DNA of 64,000 nucleotides from Antedon mediterranea. Its lineage: Eukaryota > Animalia > Echinodermata. Shown here one piece after another: positions 10,822-24,200 of this stretch (its first letter is position 1; every line of letters starts with the position of its first letter). The notes beneath the pieces are model-generated. The model was not told the origin of the DNA and made no database searches. It was given only the letters and a program-made list of their open reading frames with translations. Location of the stretch: NCBI RefSeq assembly GCF_964355755.1, contig NC_092670.1:11208795-11272794 (forward strand), given 5' to 3'. Position numbers and translations under genes: made by a program.

Positions 10822-13800
10822 TAGTACAGGAAAACTATGAAATATGGTTGAAAAAATTGCAACAGAATTTATTTCACCACAATGCATTTCTATAAGGTCC
10901 CTATATGAACATACTAAAAGTCTAAAAAAATCCAGGTAGGGGAAATAGGTTTTTTTAAATAAAATGGCCGCCAATGGCGAAAATTCCTAAAAAAGGACAA
11001 AAAAACATAAATGATAGATCTAATTACCACTTTATAACAGTTTTTACAATGGTTTATATATTTCTTTACAATTTCGAAGATCTGACCTACAATAAACACA
11101 TTTTAAGTGCTGTTAATTAGAAAATGGCCGAAAAACAAATGTTTAAGTATCTAGATATATCCCTATTGTTATAATAATATATAAAACGCAGTCCTTCCTA
11201 TATAAGACATAGGATTACGGTGTCTATTAATAAATCAGTTCATTCACATTTGTACTGTTATAACAATATATTACAACATTGGTGGTGCCAGTGGGGAGGG
11301 GTATAGGGATGGGAGATCAAATGGGAAGGGTGAGGGAGTCTGTCCGTCCCCCCATCCCCTCTCCACAATTGGCTATTTTTTATGTAGACAATATGATGAT
11401 ATTTCCTAATATAAAACAATACCCCATTGAGTGCTGTTTCAAGGATTTTCATTTTTAAAAGTGAGTAAAACTACCCTTTACCGGTATAATATTATCGGCC
11501 CAGCCAATTGATGCTGGCTGCGCTCTCCACCCTCCCCCCTCCCCCTCATCGGGAAAATCCTTGCGCCACAATCTATTACCGTATTTATTCGGATAAACGC
11601 TACATTTAGAAAAATCGAATAAATGCCCCCCTCCCCCTCCATAGGACATCATTTTGAATAACCTACGCCACCGCACCCCCTCCCCCGCTCCTATCGGACA
11701 TCATTTTGAATTTATTTCCTCGAATGTACGCCCCGCCACATGCATATTATACACAATATTGTATTTTAACACATCTCTATTTGTAATAGAATTCACTGAA
11801 TGGTGTTGTATTTGTTCATATCTAAAGGGTGTATTTATTTGATTATACACGTTTCCCACATTACACCCACAAAAATATACGCCTCTCCGAATAAACTCCT
11901 CACGACGATTACACGCCCCCACTACCCTCCTTAAAAATCAACCACCAAGGGCATTTGTTTAAATAAATGCGGTAATTTCACTTTCATCTTGTCAGTATCT
12001 CATCCTCCATCTATTGGTGGGGAATTGAGCATGTGCTGATGCCGTGGCATTCTTAAAAAATAGTGGAGCAGCAGCAGTCCAAACCATATTTTCTGCAACG
12101 GCAATTCATTTTACTACAACCTTATTTATAGGTACATCTAATCAACTTTAATAGTTTCTCTGGTGCTGGTAGTCAATTTGTCATCAATACTTTCCATCCC
12201 CAGTCTGTGGGTTGAAGAGTATTTCCTATCCACTGCTATACCTGGTAATAAAGACTCACGAAATGAAATTTTGCAGCAAGGGAATAGATTTGCTTTTTGC
12301 AACTTTCTCAAAGTAAAAGAGGCTGTCTAAAGTCACCATTGACTTCCCTCCATAATATATAGGTACCAATGCCAAATTCCTGATGCAATGTTTTCTTTTT
12401 TTTTTGGAAACTGTTTGGTTTACAGAATTTGACATACAACTCCTACTGTGATGTGATGATTTTTAAGACCAACACCTTTTCCTAAACCAAATTTACTTAC
12501 GGCCCATAATTATAGCCATTAAACACAATAGTTTACTTTGCCTTCACATAACGTAACAAACATACATACATGGTACATAATAAGTGTCTTGAAATGTTGC
12601 TGTTTCGGGCCAAGAGGTTTGATGTAGCAAACAGTGGGCAGTGAGATGAAGGTTTCTGAGTAGCAGTGTGTATGGAGTCAATGGAGTAAAAGAGGGCTGC
12701 AGGAAAAGTATAAGATTTTTTTTTTTACCAAATGATGCATTGTCAATTTTGTGTATGACTGTCTCACATAGATGATGAAATAGTATATGTGAGGGAATGT
12801 GCACTGCTTCTTTATTGATGAATATGGTTGGTTTGACCCATGTGTTCTTTCCTCTTAAATTTATATTCTGTCACGGTTGCTTCATTTATTGATTTAATAC
12901 TGTATGTTCTCGATGGGGGAGCACTGTGAATGCATGTAAAGTCTGTCCTTGGTGTGAAGCTCTGTAAAAATTAGTTTGCTTTTTATACATGGAATCCAGG
13001 GATATGATACTACATCCCATCTATTTGGTATAGGAAAAGGTCTTAAAAAGTCTTAACACCTGGGCAGTAGTATGCTTACAAACTCTGTAAAACCAAACGT
13101 CTCCAAAAAAAAAAGAAACCATCGCATCAGAGGAATTGGTGGCATTGGTAGCTATACTGTATGGAGGAGGAATACGTTCTGGGAGAAAGTAGCAAAAAGC
13201 AAAACGGCACTTGAAATAAAGTCTATTCCCCCTACAACAAATGCTGCAAAATGTCATTCCCTGTGTGTATATTACCATGGTACAGCAGTGGATAGAAAGT
13301 ACTCTTCAACCCACAGACTGGGGGATGGAAAGTTACAAATGGCGTGATGTGTCCATTGATGACAAATTTACCACCAGTACTACTGTTTGTGACGAATACC
13401 ACGGCATCAGCACATGCTTAATTCCTACCTATAGACAGAGGATGATAACTGGACAATAAAAATGAATGGATTAATAGATTCTAAAGATTGTATAATTCTA
13501 TTGTTGTGACAGTACAAATGTAAATGAACTGTTTTATTAGACACCGTAGTCCTGCATTATAATGCATAGGACTACGTTGTCTATTATTATAACCGTGGTG
13601 ATATCTTGATACTTAAATGTGTGTTTTTGTTGCTAAATAGCATTTAAATTAATATGTATATTGCAGTTTAAATGTTTGACACTAAGAAATATAAAAAGCA
13701 TTATAAAAACTGCTATCAAGTGGTAATTAGATATAAAATATATGTTTTTTGTTCATTTTTAGACATTTTTCGCCATTGGCGGCCATTTTGTTTAAAAAAA

Positions 13801-13938
13801 CCTATTTCCCCTACCTGGATTTTTCTAGACTTTTAGTATATTCATATAGGGACCTTATAGAAATGCATTGTGGTGAAAAAAATTCTGTTGCAATTTTTTC
13901 AACCTTTTACTGATTCTGAGCATATCTTTCCTGTACTA
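10822..13938. mobile_element. Non-autonomous Academ-like DNA transposon with long inverted arms
   Basis: Termini tagtacaggaaa / tttcctgtacta, with a 3-bp TSD ata (10819-21, 13939-41). Inverted arms extend more than 400 bp. Transposase C-terminal remnant IPPTTNAAKCHSLCVY..VQQW...PTDWGWK at ~13220-13335. Empty sites at ~5500 and ~26310. Confidence 0.8.
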
Positions 13939-14592
13939 ATAGAGCTACAACAATAGTATCCATGATACAACTCAACAATAGACTTTATTAACATTATCAG
14001 AAATCTGCTGAGAACTAAATAACTCTTTAGAAAAACCTACTCTTTGCATGACCTGCAATTCAATATTAGTGTGGATGAAAAACTTGTTTTGGTCCATAAA
14101 ATAGTAAAAAAAGGTATCAAAGCCTATTTGCCTGTAAATTTTTTTTTTTTTAATGCTTTACTAATATTAAATATTAATTATTAATAATTTTTTCTCATAA
14201 GCAAATAAATACAACAAAGAGAACTAGAAATGCATGAAGTTTTTCTGTGTTTTTTACCATTGATATTCATAACACTTGACCATATGATAACTGGGGATAG
14301 AGAAACTAGTAGAAATAGACAGTAGCTGAGAACTCATTCACATTAATTAAAATCAAACTTATCATCCTGTCTTGAAAATGCCAATTACTAAAGTGTTTAA
14401 TCTCATGCACGAACAAATTAGCTAAACAAATTTAAAAAGCCAAACAAAGCTAAATTTGAGTGTTTACAAACAACAAATTACAAAATTGTTTCATCTCATT
14501 CACGAATCAATTAGCTGAACAAATTATCAACAAACTTATATGACATTCAAATATTATTCAGTATACTGTAATTTGTAACATTGAGATTACAT

Positions 14593-14753
14593 GAGAAATC
14601 CTATTATAAACCTTTTAGTTGAAAGGGTGTGGTTAGAAAACATCTGTGTCGTTCTCCAACCAATCTCCATAAAAGAGAAGTTTCCAAGCATGCAACCCAA
14701 GATAATTGCTTCATGTTCTGTTGAGGTGTAAAACACATTGAAATACAGTATTT
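14593..14753 (+). promoter_or_regulatory. Putative promoter and non-coding first exon of FReD gene B
   Basis: Same conserved block as 6129-6296; gtaagt donor at 14754. Confidence 0.55.
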
Positions 14754-15237
14754 GTAAGTATTAAATTCTGTCAATTAGATTGATAGGGAAGTTGATGATG
14801 TCTAAATTTCAATTAATTGTACAGCTTTATGCTTGAGATCCCTATAATTGTTTCATTTTTTTAAATTTATTTTACAATTTGATAGGACAAAGACATCAGC
14901 TCTAAGATTGTGTTTGAAATATCTTTATTTTAATAGTTATTTACGCACAATATTTAAACAGTGTTGTCTAGTGTCTTTATTATTACTAGTGACTCCATTA
15001 TAATATATGCTATAGTGACTCCATATTCCATGGTGACTCCATAGGCTAGTTACTCTATTATATAAGTGACTCCATAATAGTAACATGCATGTGGCTAGAA
15101 CTTGGCGATTTCTAATACACTGCAAGGTGGTTAGGTGAAAATACTACTCTCTTGATACCTGTCCTTTGAATGCATACTTTTCTAATAGTTAAATGAAAAT
15201 AACCTGTTGAGTGAGCTTTCAAGAAGTGTAACATAAA

Positions 15238-18200
15238 ATGAATTCCAGAGCATTCATGATTTGCTGTATGTTAGCTGTACTGGCTACATGTCATTCATGT
15301 CAGGATGATGTATGTCTCCCTATTCCTCCAAGTAAGTAGAATATTTAAACCAAAAATAGGAGACGAAAAATATGATATTTAAAATAAGGTAAATTTATAA
15401 GGATAGTGCTTCTACACATTGACAAGACTACTTTGCTTCTTAAGTGACAACAATTAAAGTTTTCAGAAACTGTTCAAAAGAATTTGATGATTCTTTTGCA
15501 ATTAAGATTAAAAGCTATTTGTAAAAAACGAAAGTATAAAGAAACACATATATGAGATTTCAAATGGAAAAAACATGGAATTGAATTGGATCACAAACAA
15601 AATTTACCTTATTTTAAAAATCTATGTAGTTACAGTTGAAATTGAACTATTGTATTTTCAAAACAAAAAGTATTGACAAAAGAAATTATTTGTAGGTGTT
15701 TTTGAACCACCATAGAATAATTTCAAATAAAAGACAAAAATAATAAATAATTAAAAGTAAAAATGTTTAAACGGATGATTTTGTATTCTTCATTTCAATT
15801 TTATATATCAGTGATTGTATAACAAGATGAATTCTTTGTAATTTTAGAGTGTTTTATGAGGGACTGTGGTGACATTTTACGATATAATCCTTCTGCTGAT
15901 AGTGGTGAATATGTTATACAGCCAGGAGATGGAGGATCACAGTTTACTGTGTACTGTGACATGAGGAAAGATGGAGGTTGGACAGTAAGTATAGGCATCT
16001 TTCAAATATATCAGAAAATGTAAATCCAAAAGCCTTGCCACAGCTTCCTAATTAGTTACTAAAACAATATTACACAACAAGAATGCATGCATCATCACAA
16101 TTACTGCCAGAGATAAATATGGACAGAAAACCCTGAATAGAGAACGATGGCGTAATTTGGGAGAAAAGGCTTGCCCAGCAGTAGGAGGTTACAGGCTGAC
16201 AATGATTGTAAAATAAGTATAATCAAATTGTAGAAACAAATTTAAAAAAAATTAAATTGTAAATATATTGACATACCTTAATGAGTAATATTACTGGTCA
16301 GGTTCTTAATTTATTTATTTATATTTACGCCAGTGATGGTCTTGCCATCACTGTTTTAGTAAGACTGTAGAGTATAGATTACTATCATTTCATTATCAGG
16401 TGATACAGAGAAGACAAGATGGATCAGTTGATTTCTACCGTAATTGGTTGCAATACAAAGAGGGTTTTGGAAACGTGAACACCGAGTTCTGGCTTGGTAA
16501 TGAACAGATCAACCGTATAACATCTGATGGCAGTTTTGAGCTTCTAATAGAGATGACTGACCACTTGGATGACATGAAGTTTGCAAGATATTCTCACTTT
16601 CGTATTGATACTGAGGACTCTAACTATGCTGTGAAAATCAGTGGGTACACAGGAACGGCAGGTTAGTACATTCAATCAATTTGTACACTAAAAAAACACA
16701 TTTCAAGTAAACAAAGAATTAAAAGTATTACTTTTCTTTATAGGCCTCACCTTTGTACCTTGCCTTAAAAATACACACTGTGCACTTTTGTTGTTGTTGC
16801 ATTTATCATTTTTAGAGTATTAAAAACTGAATTTTCAAACCAATTATGACTACCTAATAATTGAGTTAAACTAGATGGTACGCTCGCTTGAAAACCACCT
16901 CTATTCGGGGCAAATCATAAATTTGATTTAATCGTCAAAAAATAGTAAATTATCTAACTCAACTTAATTAGTAGGCCTAATGGTTTTCAATTGTTTCTTG
17001 AGCCAAATTCATACTTTAAGTCGGTTCCTACCCTACCCACCAAAGTTGTTCTGCGTTTAGGGCATGTGATGCACCGTAGGCCTATCCTCTACTGTTACAA
17101 CGTTACTCATGCCAGTGAGAAAAGGGTGATGATGTGGGTGGTTTAACTGCAATAATAAAGATTTATACATAACATACGGCTGAAAACGCTAGCTCATTCC
17201 ATTTAAAAATAATCTATATCCAACCTCTGCAGCACATATTGCCTTTACGACGCCTGAGGGAATAGACACTTGTGGAACAGAGATTGGAATGTTCTATTCA
17301 TCACAAAACAATACATTTGTATAAACGTATATTAAATCTATCAAAATAGTATTTTTTAAAGAAAATCGGCCTGTCTTCAACATTATGATGCTGTACTCGA
17401 GCTGTTTTCAGCCATTAAAAACAATTATCGTAGCAGAAGATAGGAAAATGCGAAGCATCCTCGTAATATTGTCTGCGGGTATTTTTCAAGAGGGACATCC
17501 ATTAGACAGTGTATACCACGATCAAAAAACACCCCTATTTGGGGCAAATCGTTGAACCTAAATTCGTTTTAATTGTCAATAACTAATTATCGAACTCAAT
17601 TTAATTAGTAAACAGGGTTACATCAGGTGGTTAAAATCAGTACCGAAAGTACGAACCAACTTTATATACTGTACCATCGAGAAAACATTCTAGAAATAAC
17701 ACGCGATTTACCGAATTTTGACCTTACGTAAATTTATATATAGATGATAAGAACATTTTTTTTTTTTATTTATTTATTCAGGTTTATACAATAAAAAACA
17801 TGCAGCCCGAAGGCTGAAATTGTTGATTTACAAATATATATATATAAATATATGGAAACAGAAAAAAATACAAAAATTTATACAAAACATTAAAAAATTT
17901 GAAAAAATCAGTTAAAAAAATAAAATTATGTTATGTTAAAAAGATTACAAAATTTATATACAAATGCATAGGCCAATATATGTAAATATTTATAACATAG
18001 TCATCTTCAGCGTGATCAGGTACTGTTTGAATTAAGGATTTTACTTATGGTAAGGGCAGGCGAAGTCTTAAGACGGTTAGTTCTGCAAACAGGTATATTA
18101 ATTAGGGGTTTATCTACCGTGGTTGATCTAAGCTCTCTATTAATAATGCGGTAGTCGGGCAAAATAGTTCTGTACAATTCCGATTTCAAGAGCCTTTCTC

Positions 18201-21200
18201 CAAATTTTTGAATCAACGTCTCTCGTCTGGATGCGAGAGTGGTCATATCAGTAAGCTCAAGAGCTGAATCATACGTAAGGAAAGCGGGACCCAGAATAAT
18301 ACGTAAAACTCTCTTTTGCACTCTTTCAATGGTCGATATTTGGGCCTTATTGATGCTTCCATGCCACACAGGGCAGGCGTATTCTAAGATTGGGCGAATA
18401 TAACAAACATAAACGGATATCATATCATGAACTGGTACATTGGCCCTTCTAAGGATATATAACGTATACAACCTTTTGGATGCTCTTTTTACCATGTCAC
18501 TGACATTATTATCCCATTTCAAGTCATCCTGGATTATAAGTCCAAGGAGCTTCATATACGAAACAACAATAAGTTTTGTACCGCTAAGGTAATAATTAGG
18601 AGGGAGAATATTTCTTTTCAAAAAATTAACTCTCATGATATGACACTTAGAGGGTTTAGGGACCATGTGATTTGTATCACACCACTCAGTAAGGTCATCA
18701 AGACAAGATTGAAGTTTAGGGGCATTACCATGTTTAACATGAATGGATTAAACGGTTTAAACAAGCTTTGAACAGTAAATTTAGCATACCTTAATGTTCA
18801 CAAATTTATATGTCTTCATCACAAGAATCCCATGTTGCATCTAGTTATGTACCAGCATTTATAAATAGTCACTGGAATATTGACTGGGACGTAATGACTC
18901 ATACATGGCCAATGTTCCAATTTAATTTTAAAGTACTACACCATATTTTAGATAGATTTGAGATACAAAAGATGTTAGCTTGCCAACGAAATGATTAAAA
19001 ATGGAACACTTACCACAAATGAAATAGAAAATGAGGAAAAAATGTTCAATAGTATTAAATCAAGTTCGGAAATGTTCACTGCACTGACTACGGTAGGTCA
19101 GGTATAATGAAGTTTCCCTTTGGTACTGTAAAATAGCTATAAAAACAGTTGTGTTTAATAATTAATTCAATTTTAGTTGTGTGCAAACGCGACTCTACAG
19201 CTCACTCGGTTGGTCGGTAAACACTAACTCAAATTTGGGCATGCGACCGCAGCCATGTATGGCCTTGTTTTATTTACAAATCATGTATTATGTGAAAAAT
19301 ATAGAAAAAGAAAAACAGAAATTTGAAATTTATCTACGTTCAACTTAACAATATGATACCCAAAAATAAAAATGCAACATGATATCAAATCTGAAAAAAA
19401 TTGGACCAATATTAAAGAAAAGCTACTATATAAACAATCAACTAAAAATAACTAAAAATGGAATATAACAATTCTAAAAATGATATCAAAATATTCAATG
19501 GATTAGCTCTCACATTTCAATTTACTGTAGATAACCATAATAAAAGTACTTGCAGTCAAAGTAATAACAACTTGCCCATTTCATTATGGAATAACCCCTA
19601 AAGGTAAGACAATTATACTGCAGATTAACAAAATTATGTATTCTCAGATAGGCCTACTAAATCACATAACATCAGAATTTGTCATTAATACATAACTCTC
19701 ACAACTTTGAAATACTCTATACCTTAAACTGTATAACCAATATGACTCATCTTCTAGTACCTCATAAATAGTTTTATTTGATAATGCATTTTAACAAATA
19801 ACATAGTAAATAATAATAACATTTAAGAATGTTTTTATTTTAAATGTTGTAGTTACTAAACACTTTGGAAATTAGTTTTCGCTTCCATTGGTTTTTTTTA
19901 AATCAGTACATTTGTATTGAAAGTATATTTCAGTTAAAATATAAAAATAATATTAATGTTTTAGTAATGTCAATTTCATCATATTTATATAGTTGTATGT
20001 TGTATGTAATATGAATTAATATGGTTCATATGTTAAAAGGAAAAAATGTAAAATAATGAGTAAACATTGAATGAGCAACAAATTATAATTATAATATAGT
20101 AAAATAAATCAACCATATTGTATAATTTATAGAACTAGATGGTACGCTCGCTTCGCTGGCGTACCATCTAGGTCGTGCCCACAGATGGTTCTCGAATACA
20201 CAGTAATTTCAGCGTAACAAAACTGGCGATTTCAAATGTACGTACCGCAGGACTATAATACATTGTCGTTTACAGAAACGAATAAATAGACACGATGATT
20301 TATGTAGTCAACTAAAATTAGCACCCTGGGAATTACTTCCGAAGGAGAAACTTATCACAAAATGAGTCCAAATTTTTGATTTGGACTCATTTAAAGAAAC
20401 CCAATTTGTGTTTTGTATGTAACATTAGGGTTGAGGGATGGGAAAGCGGATAGGTACAAAGAGGAACAATTTTTAAATATATTCTTTATCCACTCAGTAA
20501 CGAAATATTTTTTTCATGTTTTATAGGCCTATAAATAATATACCTCTAAATAAAGTAAAACATTTGCGATTTAATACTTTGTTAAAACTGTCACTGTCAT
20601 AATCGATTGAAAAATATCAAAGTACATGTCACGATACACCACTACGACGTTTATATTATTGGTAATTATTAATTAATACAAACGTTGAGAAGGAACTGTC
20701 ATTATAAAGTTTATTTGTATATAATAATGTGTTTATATATCAGTAGAGCCTAACCACAATCTCTTAGTAATAAAGTTTATTTGTATATATTTTTATATTA
20801 CATCTAACAGTATGAACATTCACAGTAAGAAATGTTCGATTCAAATGATGACCAAAAATAGTTAATAGGTATTTACTGTATTGTCAAAGTATTGCAAGTT
20901 TATTCTCAAAGGGCCCATATATTTACCTACCGTATGTGTTAAACCAAGGGCTTATAAATTTACCTACTTGTGTTAAACCAAACTCTGGGATGTTCCATTC
21001 ATCGCAAATCAATACATTTGTATAATCGTATATTAAATCTATCAAAATAGTATTTTTTTAAGAAAATCGGCCTGTCTTCAACATTATGATGCTGTACTCT
21101 AGCTGTTCAACCAGTTTTCAGCTATTAAAAACAATTATCGTAGGAGGAGATAGGAAAATGCGAAGCCTCCTCGCATTTTTGTGGCGGGTATTTTTCAAGA

Positions 21201-24200
21201 TGGACATCCATTAGACAGTGTATACCACGATCGGAAAACACCCCTATTTGGGGCAAATCGTTGAACCTAAATTCGTTTTAATCGTCAATAACTAATTACC
21301 TAACTCAATTTAATTAGTAAACAGGGTTATGTCAGATGGTTAAAATCAGTACCGAAAGTATGAACCAACTTTATATACCATCGAGTAAAAATTCTATAAA
21401 TTAACCGAGATTTATCGAATTTTGCCCTTACGTAAATTTATATATAGATAAAAGAAGACAAGAACCCTATTTTTGGAAAAAAAATTTTTTATGATTTAAA
21501 AAAATAAAAAAATCCCCTAAAACAGGATGTGAATCTCAAAAAGCATAAATAAATCAAAACACTCATTAGGTATGCATCATTTTACATAGCATATATTAAT
21601 TTTTAACATGTTTAAATAAAACAAGTGTATTAAAAAAACTGCATGTATGCAGTAAACTGGGCAATTAATTCCATAATATAATAACAATTTTGTCAAAATT
21701 AAAAACACGTCAAATATGTTTATTATTGATATCATTTCATAGGTTATATAATTTAATATTATAAAAAAAATATTATTTTTATGAAATACTTGTGATTTCT
21801 CATATAATTTTGTTTAAAAACGAGTATAAATTATTGAATATTTGACAATAAATATCGATTTAAGGATTAGGAACTATATTTCTTTTACTTAATAACATCA
21901 TTCAATTTCTTTTTACAATATATAACAAAGGATAAATATTGCTATTGATAAAAAAAAATTTTTTTTTTATTGATCATATATTTTTTATAATTAATTTTTG
22001 TTTGGGGTAATATATCTTGTACGTCCGACACAAAAATATTACATTTTTTCCGTCTACTTTTAACCAAATACAAAGGTTTTGCCAAAGTTATGTTTTAAAG
22101 GTAAATATGTATATTGAGTACATTTATACTAGTTTGTGTTTTCTACTTAATTACACTATTTAAGAAAACTGTACGTCCGACACAACAGTACACACTACTG
22201 CACACTACACACTATTTGTGCATTTAACAATGCATGATATAGCCCCAAAAGCACATGATATGTGCATGTTAAAAACTTTTGACCAATCAAATGCAAGTAA
22301 ATATTGCTGATCACATTTTGACCAATCACTGTGAGAAAAACAAGTATACTTTACTAGTCTACAAACTTCAGTGGGAAAACAGACGCATTTGTTAAAACAT
22401 TCAGTACAGAAATTAATTGAAGCAGATAATATTATTGTAGCCTAATTCAGGTAAGATTTCTATGATAGACTTTATTATATTAAAAACAATAAAATAACCT
22501 AAATATTTATTTAGTATTTTACGAGATTATAACATTAAATAAAACAAAATAATATCAATAAGTTTATAAACATTCATACGAAGTCAGGATAAAATGGTCA
22601 TGAATTAGATTATTTATTTAAAGGCTTACATGAAATAGTTTATTTACTTTTTAAAATAAATTGAATTTTATTTAATTTAAACCAGTTGTATTTAATTTTT
22701 ATTTATAGGACACAAGCATCATGGTGCTTACCAACAAAGAAAGGCAAGCACGGAAGCATGCTCGGCAAAAACAAGACCCAGATAAATATAGACAGATCCT
22801 TGAAAAGGACAGAGTGCGAAAAGCTAAGAGCAGAGCTGCTGCAAAGGCAAGAATGAGTCAACACAATTGGAAAGCTTATCGAGCTGCAGAGAATGCACGC
22901 ATATCTGCTTACAGGAAAGGAAAGAAGGAGCAAGGAAGGCCTGCTCAACCAGAGGGAGAAAATAATATAAAACCATACAAGTCTGCTCAATCAATGGGAC
23001 GAGCTGTGCAAAAAGTTCGTACCTCGTTACCTTTCTCACCTAACATGAAAAGGGCGGTTGCTGCAGTGGTTGCTACAGAGGTTGGTTTAACTATAATTGA
23101 GCCAAGGCCATCTAAACAAGGAAGACCTGTTTTAGATACCACTATAAGGGAGAAAGTGATTGAATTCTACCTGAAGGATGACATATCTTGGCAGGCTCCT
23201 GGAAGAAAGGATAGAGTAATAATCAGAACAAAAGATAAAAGTGGAAAAAAACTAAAAACCATTTACCAAGCTCGATACATGTTAATGTCTTTAAGAGAGG
23301 CACATGACCTATTTTGTATAGGTAATGGAAAGGTAATAGGCATAACTAAATTCTGTGATCTGAGGCCCAGGTATGTAAAGCTATTTGACAGCATACCACA
23401 TAATGTGTGCGTGTGCAGCTACCATGAGATGATGTGCGCCTAATTTTACTTGCCTTGAAACCAGTAACAAACCTACCAGACAGCACATCATTGTTCACAG
23501 ACATGATTGTATGTAGCAAGGAATCAAAGGCTTGCATGATACAGAAATGCCAAGATTGTGTCAACAAAATTGAGCTTTTTGCACCCTCAGAAGAAGCATT
23601 GGATGTGTTGGTGAAATATCATCAGTGGCAAAATCTTAGTGGTGAAGGTGTTGATAAAGTTGAGATAATGGCAAGTATTGGGGATATCTTTGCAGAATTA
23701 AAGAGGCAGCTCAACCCGTTTCTTATCCATTCCTACATTAAGCAATCCCAGGCTGCTTGTATGGAATGTCTAAAAACAAATGTTGATGGTAAGAATGTTC
23801 TTCTCCAAGTTGACTTCTCAGAAAATGCCAGTCTGATCAACCAAAATGAAATCCAATCTGCACATTGGAATCATGGTCAAGCAACACTGTTCACAGCTCA
23901 TGCCTGGATCAACTCTAACACAAGTGAAAGTGTAATCATCTCGGATGACCTAGACCACACAAAGATTAGTGTACATGCTTTCATGTCACTGATCCTCACC
24001 AAGATCAAGAAAAAATACCCAACAATTGAAAACATGAATGTTTTTTCTGATGGAGCTGGAGCCCACTTCAAACAACGATTTCTTTTTTCTAATCTATTTA
24101 ATTGGGAAAAATTGTTTAATATTAATTTAAAGTGGAATTTTTTTGCCACTTCCCATGGGAAGGGCGTAGTAGATGGACATGGTGGTACCGTCAAACGTTC

